In this document: positions 1 to 12,990 of the stretch, one piece after another
How positions within the stretch are numbered: the first letter of the stretch is position 1
Layout of the letters: each line of letters starts with the position of its first letter
Source of the DNA: Chrysomallon squamiferum
Taxonomy: Eukaryota > Animalia > Mollusca
Assembly: GCA_012295275.1 (NCBI GenBank)
Contig: CM022671.1
Span: 22,072,001-22,136,000, forward strand
DNA length: 64,000 nucleotides
Direction: 5' to 3'
Program-made: the position numbers and the translations under genes
The notes under the pieces: model-generated
Told to the model about the DNA's origin: nothing
What the model saw: the letters and a program-made list of their open reading frames with translations, nothing else
Databases searched by the model: none

Positions 1-1209
1 AGTGGAAGTATGTCTGTTGTAGGTAAGACAGACAGTTGGACTGTGGCCAGTGTTTTGCATGTTTCAGCTTTGAGCCAAGTTTCTGACCCGCTCTGACAAC
101 AGGTGAAGTCAAATCGGGTTTTCGTTAAGCATAATTGGCTTGTTAATGGCACGTTTGCTTAAGACAGTTAGTTTTCTACACCGAAGCCTATTAGCGCAGT
201 AGATATTCATTTAGACCCCATATTTAAGGGGACTTGTTATTATAAGTTATCACAGCAGTCGTCGCCGTCTTCATTTCGTTGCGTTCCCTCCTGAGCGTTC
301 GTCTTCGTTACTGTGTTAACTGTGAAGTATTTAAGAATGTCCAGTCAACTTTCCATCCATCATGTTTAGGAGTTAATAAATAAATAAATGACAACAACAA
401 CAACAACAACAATAACAAAATAGCAATGATAATTTTAAATAAATAGCAGAATGTATCTTACTCTTCAGGCTTAATGAAATAAAAAACTTTTATCACAAAT
501 TTAAGTATACATCAGGAAAATCGGGTGTTTGTACATCCGTTCATTTATGTAACATCTTCTGTATAAATAATTATTCACTTTTTGGAACTTCGAGTCAAGA
601 TATTTAATATTGTATTTTGTATAACAGTTCTGATTCTAGATATAAGTATATATCAACCTCAGTGTCTCTGTTTGTCCTATCTGTATTACTGTAAGTCCAT
701 CTTTCTCGTTATATACTAGCTTTGAGATTTTGTCTTTCTTTTTATCCCGTCTCTTTACATCTACTAACTCTACCTTTACCTTCAGTACTAATATCCAAAG
801 TGTTTTTAGTACGCATCACCAAGGCCGTCATTCCATCCTTTTAAACATCCATTACAAGTTCGCTTGGTTTTATTAAAAGACAATAGTTCGTTTGGTCAGT
901 TGTGTGGAATTTATACGCGTAGTAATGTGTGTATTATACAATTTGCAATGATGTTGTTGTGCTGGTAAGTAAAATAACCTAATTATCAAGAAAGTGAAAA
1001 TAATGTCCGTCAGTGCGTCTGTAAATACTTTAAAAATGCCAGGTTATAGACGCAGAATAATGACAAAGTACCGACATTGATTCCGGACAATACCGGAATG
1101 TATCGATCGTTCACGTTCGTTAATTGTCGCCATTCTTTTCGGGTGTCGCCAATAATTGTATGTTTATCCATCAGTCTTTCTGCTTGTATGTACATATGTC
1201 TGTTTTGTT

Positions 1210-1218
<9 letters not shown>

Positions 1219-1294
<76 letters not shown>
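1219..1294. repeat. (CT)n microsatellite
   Basis: Direct inspection. Confidence 0.95.
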
Positions 1295-1297
<3 letters not shown>

Positions 1298-2189
1298 ATA
1301 CTTTATTTCAGCTCAGTATAAAAAGCTGTATAGCTGTTTCAGTGAATGTGCAGTTTAAAAAACACAAACTCGAACGAACAAACACACATATACATACACA
1401 TACACATGCAAACACTATTGCACAGGCAAACCCAAGACAAAGTAGACTATAAATTAAATTGAATTAATAATAGCAATTATGAAACTTATAATTCTAATGG
1501 TATCTGTTTATTCAATCATTAAAACGTCAAGATAGAACGGTGATTTAAAATCATTTCTCCAGATTTTTTCAGAATGATTTATTTCGTTTACATTTATATA
1601 AATCTAACGAAAACGGTTTATTGTATCCAAGCAACAAACATTCCTTGGATTCAGAGAAGAAAAAAAAAAATTATGCTGATTTATTTGGGAGTTATTAAAG
1701 ACTATTAAAGAAATTACCCTGTGTATTAATAAGCGATAGATAATTCTGAAAGAAAGGTATTTGGCGGTTTCCGTTAGAATCATATTCAGAAATAGAAACG
1801 ATAATAAGCTGAAATACGTCTTACATTAGCTACTCATTAAATCATGTCTTATTTATTTTGATATCAGTTGGTTATTACTGTCACTGTTATTTATTTATTT
1901 TATTATCATCATTAATTTTTTTTTTTATTTTTTTTTTTTTAAGAGCTCGTATTTGTTTTAATATTTGTTGTTTAATAGTAATTAGCAAATTGTTTAAGCC
2001 AAGAGTATTGTATGACCTGATTACAAATCAGAGCTAAATTTAAGTTCTAAAGGAAACAAAGCAGCTAATGTTATAATTGTGCATAATAAATAAATAATTA
2101 AATAAAACAATAAATTATTTTTATTGCAGTGGTCACATATTTCCAGCTTGTCAAGAACTGATCTTTATTGCCATCATGCTTTAGTGCAT

Positions 2190-2310
2190 GTTTTAATCGA
2201 CTATCGCCATCTTGATTTAGAGCGCTTGTGATAATCGATTATCGCCATTCTGCTACAGAACCGTGTCTGATAATCGATTGTCGCCATCATGTTTCAGAGC
2301 CCTTGTGATC
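2190..2310. repeat. Degenerate ~40-bp tandem repeat (taatcgattatcgccat core, about 3 copies)
   Basis: Core recurs at ~2194, ~2232 and ~2272. Confidence 0.6.
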
Positions 2311-3390
2311 TCTATCTTGTTATTACGGACAAGATAAAATACATCTTGTCTGTAAACATTAAACAACGGCGTTGCCAAAAATAATACCAGTTGGCTCTAC
2401 AGGAGTGAAATGATTCTTAAATTTGCCAAACTGCATGGATGCATCTTTTTGACCTCTCGACAGAAACCACTGGCGGTTCTGCAAGTCATCAGAGACTCCA
2501 GGCGCGTGGGGAAAGCTATTCTCATCCTGGCCGTATCATACACCAGAAACAAAATAAACCACTTATCTCAAACTGGACAGTAATAACGTGAAAAAAAGCT
2601 TGCTCAGAAGTTTAGCAATAGCTTCTGTTTATTTTAAGATTCGTTGTTATTTGAGCAATGTTCGTAGCGTAGGCCTATTTTTGTAAAAGCGTAATTTTGA
2701 TTTTTAAATTATTACCGAGTACTAATACTGATTTCTTCAGGGTATTTATTCATAAGTTTAATAATAATAATAAATCAGCATTAGTTTGTCTATAAATAGA
2801 ATGATTAAGTCATGAGGAAACCATATTACGATTTGGAATAAGATTTGTAAAATGAATTATCAGAGAAACAAAAATAGACATAAAATAAATGAGATTTATT
2901 ATATATATTTTTTTTTTTTTTTGATAATAACAGTATTGCAGATGCAAAACAATAATTCAGTAACGTACTAAAATAATGTCATATGGATACCATATGCAAA
3001 TCTACTTTGTATTTTTTCCGTGATCCCATGTTCAAAGTATGTTGATAACCTTTATCTCTTGCCGATTACGTAAGCCAAGTGAACGTGATAAATGCATGAC
3101 GTCAGAAAAGACTTGGGATATCGTACGAAGTGCCAGTGTAGCAATTTATCCTTTCGCCAATTCAAGTCTAAAGATGCTGAATTTATCCTTTCGTAGCAGT
3201 AAGTTTTAACCTAATAGTTTAATAATTTAGTGAATAACTTTGGAACTTAGTGAAGAACAGTACTTTTGAAGACTAGTTAATAGAGAATTAAGATGTAAAT
3301 ACATCTAAACCAATAGAGAGGACTTGCAGAGAAGAGGATTCACAAAACTACACGCTTACGTTACTGCTACTACTTCAGTTACTACTGCAG

Positions 3391-3391
<1 letters not shown>

Positions 3392-3458
<67 letters not shown>

Positions 3459-3521
3459 GATGATGATAACAATAATAATAATTGTTATTGTTATTGTTAT
3501 TGTTATTATTATTATTATTAT
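3392..3521. repeat. Compound (TAA)n/(TGA)n/(TTATTG)n/(TTA)n microsatellite
   Basis: Direct inspection. Confidence 0.9.
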
Positions 3522-3971
3522 AACCTTCAGAAATTAAAGTAATTATAACCTTAAGAAAATTAATGTATCAGATATTAAGATAATTTAATCGTATCGTACA
3601 TAGCATATCGTCTCAATTCCTTTCGCTGAATATATCGAATCGTACTGAACGATATCGAATCAAACAACTACGGCATATTATATCTGCTATATATGTATTT
3701 GTCACAAATATATCATTGTTGATCATCTAGACTAATACAGTTTAGAACCATTAATTTTAATAATGGAAATCAAATTCAATATAGATGATTTACTGTTAGT
3801 CTAATCCTTATTGATCGTGTTGTGATTTTTTCTTCTGAAAGTTCGAGGTAGTATGTCTACACAGATAAACTGGTTTATATAAATTATATTTAATTTTCTT
3901 TATGAAAGTACAATACTATTCTTAATGACAAAAACTGATAGAGAAACACACATACACACAAACACACCCAC

Positions 3972-3979
<8 letters not shown>

Positions 3980-4056
<77 letters not shown>
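3980..4056. repeat. (GA)n microsatellite
   Basis: Direct inspection. Confidence 0.95.
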
Positions 4057-4059
<3 letters not shown>

Positions 4060-4387
4060 AGTGCCTATAATGCTTTTCTATAAAAAAAAGTTTGATATAA
4101 ATATTCGTTGCTATAGTAACGCAGGTTCTATACATGAACATCGTCTTGAAGATTTACATATGTGCGCTTCTGACCTTTTCGTCACAACCTTCAAAGATCG
4201 GACTTTGCGTACTTTGCCGAGGAGCCAACTGGAGAGAATTAATAGCAAACATACCTGGCCAAACTACAATAAAGATAAAACTCCAGAATATCGTCGATAA
4301 TAGCTTTTGGTTTGAAAGTAATAGAAGTAGCGTGAAGGATGTTTTCTCATTCCAACCACTCCAGCAGATAACTTTTGTGCGTGTGCG

Positions 4388-4391
<4 letters not shown>

Positions 4392-4468
<77 letters not shown>
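4392..4468. repeat. (GA)n microsatellite
   Basis: Direct inspection. Confidence 0.95.
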
Positions 4469-4473
<5 letters not shown>

Positions 4474-5829
4474 AAAGACTGAAGGTACAAGAGATTATAC
4501 AGAGATATAAAAAGAAAGTGTGTGAGTTTGTGTGCGTTTGTAGCGCTGAAAAGCTGTCACTTGTTAATTAGTTGACCATTACGTCACTATTTAGGTCGAT
4601 TCAAACATGTCCGAAGATTTCCGAGTGGGTGATTTTATGATTGGGTTTTCGGTTTCTTCTTGTAGCGTGTGTATGTACGATTAAATGGAACTTTTGATGG
4701 TACCAGCGAACTAAAAAAAATAATAATAATAAAAATAACGACCTATCTAATGGAATATAAAGGCAAAATTTATAATTAAGATTAACCAAAAAACAACAAC
4801 AACAACAAGACAGACCTATCTCTGGCGGAGAACCATCCAAATTATCTCCGCCAGAGGATACTCTGGCAATGCGTAACTTTGAAAATCATTAGCATACTGA
4901 AGCTTTGAAAATATTAATCATATCTCTTATAACATCATTTTATTATTTCCACGGATGTTCGAATCGAGTGATGCGATGTTTTTGGCTGGTACCGGTAGAA
5001 TGTTTCGCTGAATGTTTCGCTGATGCGCGCGATACTCTTATTTTATGTAACGAACTCAGCAGGTATCAAGTATTAAAAAAACAAGACATTCAATCCCGGA
5101 CGAGAACGCCAGTACCTTTTCCATCAGCATGTACGGGATCTCTCAGGTTAACTCGTTCACATAACACAATTAGTGTTCAACTAAAACCCAACTATATAAC
5201 ACAATCTGAGCTTGTTTCGTAAAGTAATCGCACGGAAAATAACAAGTAAAGCCATATGTGAAATAATTGATAGGCTTGCTAAAATAATACTGTACGACCA
5301 CGCAGCCGTAATATCAATAAATTATTGTTTAAACGTGTAACCGGAATAACAGACAGTGATGATAAAAACTATGTGGGTATCTAACGTATACAGTTACAAG
5401 GGTCAAGGTAACAGGAAGTTCAAGTGCATCTTGGAATAATGGATACGTGAGTGATAATGTAGAAGTAAAACAGACGACAATAAGATCACATTACGCTTAA
5501 TTAACATCAAGTACACATTAATTTAATCCATGTTAATAATAAAGCGACGTATATGTTAATGAGAGAAGACGAAGCCATGATCGCAAAACCAGTAATTTTC
5601 TGTATATTAAATAATCAGTATGCTTGGTAAAATAATATATATTTAATACGATACAAGGCCTCAAGGTCATAGTAGTTGTAAATTATTGTTCAGAGATCAT
5701 ATTATTATATGTACTAAATTATCGGAATTATTACTGAAAATAACAATAAAAGGGAAAATAAATAGGGAATAAAATGAATCTAATATTTTCAAACTATTTT
5801 CAACCAAATATCCTGTATTGGATATTTTT

Positions 5830-5860
<31 letters not shown>

Positions 5861-6767
5861 TTATTATTATTATTATTTATTTTTTTTTTTTTTTTTTTAA
5901 TATTTTTTTTCTTTTCTTTTTTTCTTTCTTTCTTTCTTTTCTTCTTCTTTAATTATTATTTATTATTATTACGGAACAGTTTAATTTAAAAATAATAGTA
6001 ACGAAATGGATTTTTTACATAATTCACAATTATGATTTAATAATTTTCATCAAACCGTATAATCATACTATTTTATAAGATATATAACAGGCTCACTCGT
6101 AAATACGTATCCGTGTATGAATTAATGCATACATTTTTACACACACACACACATGCGTGCGCGCTCGTGCATATATGTATATTTGTAAAAATGTCTTTAT
6201 GTACATACTTTTAAGATTGTCAAAAAAAAAAAAAAAAAAATTTCTTTCGTTCGACATTACGGATATTACGGAGATACATGTAGTTGGTCTATTCCTGTAG
6301 AGAAAACCTCAGCTATCGTGTGGTAAACGTAATCAACTCTTAATTGAAAAATGCTAAGCAACAAGGCAGCTTTCATTTCAGGGCAACTTATACTTCAGAG
6401 AGAGGCCCCATAAGTGATACAAATTTTTATTTTCCTTAATGATTAGGACAAACATCAAGTCTGGGAAGGTAGATTAAAACGTATCTGAATAGCCACTGAT
6501 TTTGGGATATTATTTGTCATATACGAAACATTTTGACACTTTTTTTTCTTTTTTTTCTTTTTAACATGATTTTTAAAGTAAAATCGAGAAAGAGAAACTA
6601 ATATGATTCCAAATATTTAACTTCGCTTTAATAGTAAATTGGGGATTTCATATAATAATAATAATGATAATAATATTAATAATAATAACAACAACAACAA
6701 TAACAAAATTATTATTGTAATTACTATTATTATTACTACTACTGTTGTTGTTGTTGTTCTTGTTGTG

Positions 6768-6821
<54 letters not shown>

Positions 6822-7950
6822 AACATGAAAAATAATAATTAATTATTTTTTAAAACAGTGGGTTGTAGTATCGGAGTAGATATCAAAACATCAAATGAGA
6901 GATAACCTTTTTCAGATGAAACGAGTTTCATTATAAAGGTAAAACCCGTCACATAAGATGAAAAAGAAGAAGAAGGAGAAATGCGTATCACGCTGATCAG
7001 TTTTTATCTACATCATGTTAATGTAAGTTTATTGAAAATATTATCAGGAATATATCTCATTATAGCTGTTACGCGTGTTGCATTTACAAGATGTAGACTT
7101 CAATAGCATTGACCACTTTTAAAAAAAAAAAAAAAAAAAAATAAAAATTCTTTCCTATCTCACTACATCTTCGTGCATCTGGCGTTGAAAGCACGCGGTT
7201 TTTTCCAACTGTTTTTTACACTCGGTAGTGAAACCTTATCTAGTAATCAAGACGCTTCCGAAAAATGAATTTAATCTAAGACAAATTCTAAATTTAACGT
7301 AGATAATGTTGCTATCGTAAATGTTAGCCGGGCATGTATACATAACTAGATCGTAGATAAATTTGTTATGGAAATACATGTACGTATCTATTAATCGCGA
7401 AAAGGAAACTACATATATATATATAAGGTAGGTGTAGTATATAAAGAAATACGTTGAAAATTACGTTGATGATATTTATGGATATATCCATCCACAGGCC
7501 TGTATCTTTTATACATTTCCAAGAATGGATATATAAATAACATACATACATACATACATATACATATATTAACAAACATATACTTGCATTCACACACAAA
7601 AAAACACTCGGACATTTATGTGTATATAAAGGAACGTGTTAAATAAAAAGCAAATATTTATACATATATCCATCTATAATACTTGTACAAATGCAGTTAT
7701 ATTCATACATTAACACACATTCAGAAACACACGCAAACTCTCACACGAACACGAACACACGCACATACACACATACATACACAGAAGCTTATATATAAAC
7801 ATACATACATACAAACTTAAAAACATAGACAAGCACATACACCCACACATACATCAAGATCTATATATACATATCTCTATATAGTAGTTGTGTATATAAA
7901 CTATTTCTAAATTTTATAAATCTTTAACAAAAAATAAATTCGTTAGAAAA

Positions 7951-7952
<2 letters not shown>

Positions 7953-8016
<64 letters not shown>
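7953..8016. repeat. (CT)n(CA)n compound microsatellite
   Basis: Direct inspection. Confidence 0.9.
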
Positions 8017-8019
<3 letters not shown>

Positions 8020-8435
8020 GTACTTAAAAATATTATTCAAACGCAACTCCTGTGACTGTTTCATTACCAATTGTATTTCTGTGAATTATTTTGTTTTTTT
8101 GTATAGATTTATACTGTATTACACTGCGGTGAATATTACATAATTAAACAAACAAGTCAGCACATTCGTGTTGAAAAAAGAATCCTATCCAGCCACCTTT
8201 ATGATACGTCATTACGTGTTTCCTTGTTTGACAGTTATTACAACACGTCTATATTTAGTTTTATCTTGACAACTGAAAACTGACGCGATAAACAGCACAG
8301 AACGGTTTAATGTTCTCTGAATTAATTAAACTGAAGAATATAATGTGACACAAAAATTATGTGTTTTTTTTTCTTTAATTAATTAATTTATTTATTTATT
8401 TATTTTAACATTTTTTGTCTTTTATTTGTTTATTT

Positions 8436-8474
<39 letters not shown>

Positions 8475-8948
8475 ATTTACTACTACTCTTATCATTACGA
8501 CGACTACTGCTGTTACTACTTCTACAACTACTACTACTATTACTACTATCTACTACTTCTGCTTCAATTACTACTTCTACTACTACTGTCTCTGCTCCAA
8601 TTACTACTTCTGCTACTACTATCTCTGCTTCAGTTACTACTTCCACGACTACAACAACTAATAATAACAAGAAAGTACAAATACACTGTTTTCTGTATAC
8701 AGCGCGTGACAATAAATTTAAAATCAAATATGTAAGACTAATCTCTAACATTTTTCCTTTACAAAGGTAAGCTTAGTCCCGATATATAAAAAAAAAAAAG
8801 ACAAAAAGGCAGGTAACGTGAAGAAATAGAATAAAGCCGTCCCAGAAAGGTAAAGACTTGACTGAAGCAGATATGTTATCGGAGGCTATAAACAAGGCAA
8901 AAAAAAAAAAGCAAAGAGTTAGTTTTCATCTAGTATGGCTTGTCTTAC

Positions 8949-9165
8949 CTGTAATAATAATCGTTTTATCGTCGCATCTCAGATGGGGTGGACACTCGGT
9001 ATTCCAGCGGATATAAAGCCGCAGAAGAAAGATGGCTAACAGAAAGAGACTGAGGATAACGGAGAGATAGATAAAAGGAGACACATCTTCTGACAGTTCC
9101 TTCAGCTCCTCGATATTCTCCTCCAGTTCCTCCACCTTGAATTGGTTCTTCATAGCCTTCACCAT
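8949..9165 (-). CDS. First coding exon of a membrane-anchored short-chain dehydrogenase/reductase (retinol dehydrogenase 11/12/13/14-like); gene continues leftwards, probably beyond the window
   Basis: ATG at 9165-9163. Translation MVKAMKNQFKVEELEENIEELKELSEDVSPFIYLSVILSLFLLAIFLLRLYIRWNTECPPHLRCDDKTIIITG: a hydrophobic signal anchor, then C-x-x-x-x-R-x-D-x-K-T-I-I-I-T-G, typical of the RDH11-14 lead-in to the TGxxxGxG Rossmann motif. Strong donor CAG|GTAAGA splits the Gly codon (phase 1). No second exon recognised in 1-8948. Confidence 0.75.
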
Positions 9166-9253
9166 GATTGCCGAGTCGTCGTTTTCTTCAGGTCCTCCTT
9201 ACGTCTACGGCGACGTCAACGGACGACGTAAGGGCTGTCTAGACAGTAGAAGA

Positions 9254-9303
<50 letters not shown>

Positions 9304-9479
9304 TTTTACATATAACTTGGAACAAAATATTTGTTAGCAGACGATGCGCCTAATCTTTGGCGCCTTTAGATGACTAACAGTGGCCAGTTCGAGACCCGTG
9401 GATGAGTTAAGATTCCTGCCTCTTCTCTATAGCAAGTATGCCAGACCCACTGAAGGAAAAAAGATAAGTTCGTGTGCAT

Positions 9480-9530
9480 TCGCTTCTGTAGGCTTGTATT
9501 ACCGGCGCCCACGTGACGCGGCCAAGACCA
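9480..9530. promoter_or_regulatory. CpG-containing proximal promoter patch of the RDH-like gene with an E-box (CACGTG)
   Basis: GC/CpG-rich stretch ccggcgcccacgtgacgcggccaa about 350 nt upstream of the ATG in otherwise AT-rich DNA. Confidence 0.35.
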
Positions 9531-10067
9531 ACGCAAAAAGGGAAGAGAAACGCTAGGTTGATATCATATAGGGATATATACTTCTAGCGATATATTATTG
9601 TAAACCACGTCCATGGCCAGATATCGGCTTTTTTTTTTTTTTTTTTTTTTTTATTCTCTTTTTTACACACATGAAGTATTATGATTTATTAGAGAATGAA
9701 TGTTTTCTTATTTCTTTTTAAATTCGTGGCACGGTTTTTGACGTGTCTACAAAAACCCGTATAGGTGTGTGGAATATGTACATTAAGAATGTTTGTAAGA
9801 TTGCATACCTTTGGCCTGGGTATTTTAGACGTTTATTGTTTTGCCCTTCCCGCTATTTTGATTACTCTGCACAGCTTAATAGTAACACAGATATAGACTA
9901 TGACTGTGTGTATTAATGTCACCGAGTTTTTATGTTCTCTGTACGAACCTGTGTCAGTGTTGTCTGTAAGAACACGCACACGAATGAATGAATATATGGC
10001 TGTATGTTTGAACGTATATTTGTGTGTGTTCGTAGTATGTGCGTACGCATGTAAATACGTGTATATA

Positions 10068-10099
<32 letters not shown>

Positions 10100-10266
10100 G
10101 TATGTACCTATGTAGGTATATATATATATATATATTATATGTGTATGTATGTATGTATGTATGTAATATGTGTGGACTAAAAGCAAATAGACAATAATAC
10201 AATCAGATAAATAGCATGGTGCGTTGATGTTGCTTTGGGGTTTTTGGTGTGGTTCTTATTTTCTTC

Positions 10267-10321
<55 letters not shown>

Positions 10322-10669
10322 TTTTTTTTTTTTTGTTCATTATGTACAATACACTAGTCTGGCCATGTCATGATTAACTCAGACTGTTGATAGAACATCT
10401 GTGGAAGCAGGTGTAACAATTTCAGGTATGTGCTCCAGTCAGCCCTCGTTGATTTTATTTGTTTATTCTCATTCACTCTCACACTGTTTTTGATGTAGCT
10501 TTTTGTCTGGGTTATGATAAAAACAAGATGTCTGTTTAATTAGCCATCAGAGAGAGTGAATGAAAATAAATGTTAGTCAAACAGTTCACTCTCTCTCTCT
10601 CTCTCTCTCTCTTTTTTACACATACAGTTTTTCTTTGCACACCTATAAATAACACGGTTCAATTAAACC

Positions 10670-10830
10670 TATATACTCTGACACATACAGAGAAAAATAC
10701 ATACACACTGACAAATACTGAAAACAAAATATATCGATACATCAGACAGAAATACATACACACTGACATGAACAGACAGAAATACATATACACTGATATG
10801 AACAGACAAAAAACACAAACACACTGACAT
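10670..10830. repeat. Degenerate 30-bp minisatellite (aacagacagaaatacatatacactgacatg-like)
   Basis: About 5 diverged units; clearest at 10741-10830. Confidence 0.65.
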
Positions 10831-11141
10831 ATCCAGTAAATAAAAGATTATACTTTTATCAACTATTTTTTTATTTTTAATCATTTTGCATTGGCCGTAA
10901 CACAAATATTTTTATCATACAATTTATGTGAAGTGTTTACTAACGTCTGTGTACATAACATTTATCTTTGTTATCACGTAATATTCAAGGTTGTTTTTGT
11001 TCATTGTTTTTCCAGTTTCTGATCAAAATACTATTGTGAAATCGTCCATCTTTACCATTTCAGGTTTGTTTGCATTAGATGTATTGATAATGGCTTATCA
11101 ATACTTCTATTTAAGAGAGTAAAACCCAAAAAGGTTCAGAT

Positions 11142-11143
<2 letters not shown>

Positions 11144-11230
<87 letters not shown>
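11144..11230. repeat. (GA)n microsatellite
   Basis: Direct inspection. Confidence 0.95.
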
Positions 11231-11233
<3 letters not shown>

Positions 11234-11790
11234 TAACTTAAATTTCAGTATAATTTTCAGAAAACTATTTCCATTTGAATATTACGAACAGAAACATATT
11301 AGTCCTAAAGTACTAAGTAATATCATGTAATCAATAAAACATTTAGCGAGCTGTTCAGCAACAGCGACCCGAATTAAGTTTTGCAGGTACCATATATTAA
11401 AAAATTATTAATATTTATAATTAATTATGGCAGTTAAAGAGAAATTTTGATTCATGAATGGCGTACGTAAGAATTTTTACTACAATATAATGTTAGAAAA
11501 CACTTATATGAACCTAAAGACATTAAAACATTGTTATTTAAAGTCCCAGCTTCTGTCAGTTATATTAAAGGCCTGTTACGCACTTTATCATTTTCTCTGC
11601 AGTTCTAGAAGGAGAAGACTATACAATTTCACGGCAATTTTAAACTGGAAGTCAAGAACTAGTTATTTTTGTATATACCAGTCGATGCATCGTGTTAAAT
11701 ACCAAAGTAGCATAGAACAAATGCCGAGGCGTGCATTTCTCCAGTTTTATTATAAACTCTCTAAAAATATTTTCAAAGTAAAATGTTTTA

Positions 11791-11836
<46 letters not shown>

Positions 11837-11984
11837 TATTTCATTTCATTTTATTTTTTATTTTTATTTTTATATATTTTACTCTTTCGTCATACTTGGT
11901 TTCACTCTACAAAGTTTCTGAAAGGGTTTGTACTGACTGACAAACCAAAGTGAAATTATATATACGTCAATGGACTCGGCTCAC

Positions 11985-12270
11985 TACTGACTTGACCTAT
12001 CGGATGTTCTTTAAGGTCAAAGGTTAGATGTATTTTTTTTCTATCTAGAATTGCTTTCCGCTCCATAACGTTTCGTCTGTGCAAGATAACACTCGCTGTG
12101 TCTTTGTATACGTCTGCTGCATTTCAATCAGTTTATCACCGAAGACGCTGGAAATAATGTCCGTGACAAAGATACTCGACTATTCTGGGGTTCAAGGCAC
12201 ATAAATCAGATTCTTTGATTGGCAGAAGATGTGCTCTTTAAGATCCCCTGGTGGAGGTCAAAGGTTATGC
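11985..12270. promoter_or_regulatory. Candidate nuclear-receptor enhancer with two identical DR1 elements
   Basis: AGGTCAAAGGTTA at 12014-12026 and 12255-12267; additional half-sites TGACTTGACCT (~11988) and GGTTCAAGGCA (~12189). Confidence 0.4.
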
Positions 12271-12368
12271 TCATAGCATACTGATTATTATTCCCTTGAC
12301 TTTAAATATTCGTGCACTAAGTTTTATTGTTATCTATTTCAGTTTATTTTTATGATTGCAAAACATTT

Positions 12369-12414
<46 letters not shown>

Positions 12415-12555
12415 CTGGATAATACAGAGTAAGTTGAAACAATTCATTTTATGGTTCAAACACTGATGCTTATCTGAACATTACGTTATAATCTGTTATC
12501 AGTGGCGCCATATTTGTTCTTCGACATTTTCCTAGTTTAATACATAATTTAACCT

Positions 12556-12574
12556 ATATAATAAAATAAATAAA

Positions 12575-12634
<60 letters not shown>

Positions 12635-12899
12635 TAAATTAATAATATTAATAATAATATAAAATAAAATAATAATAAAGTAAAATAAAGTTAAAAAAAA
12701 ATTATTTAATAAGAATAATAACAAAAATTAATAATATTAATAATAAAATGAATAAAATAATATAAATAATAAAGTAAAATAAAGTTTATAAAAAATAATA
12801 ATAAAATTTAATAATATTAATAATATTATAAAAAAAAAAAATAAATAAATAAATAAAATAAAATAAAATAAAATAACAGAATAAAGTAAAATAAAGTTA

Positions 12900-12949
<50 letters not shown>

Positions 12950-12990
12950 GTAAATAAATTAATTAATTAAAAAAAAAATTAATTAAAAAT
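12556..12990. repeat. A/T-only low-complexity tract with (TAA)n and (TAAAA)n units
   Basis: Over 400 nt almost without G/C. Confidence 0.85.

Noticed and set aside
1010-8770. Many 60-115 aa ORFs (poly-SL, poly-N, poly-I, poly-L, poly-F)
   Set aside because: Translations of microsatellites and AT-rich intron sequence; no splice-consistent or domain-like content
1-8948. Second exon of the RDH-like gene, tRNA/rRNA or snoRNA genes
   Set aside because: No xxxGIG-type continuation or recognisable structured-RNA signature found by manual reading; a covariance-model search would be needed to exclude small ncRNAs
11454-11921. 155-aa plus-strand ORF
   Set aside because: Ends in a (TTA)n-derived tract; no recognisable domain or splice structure
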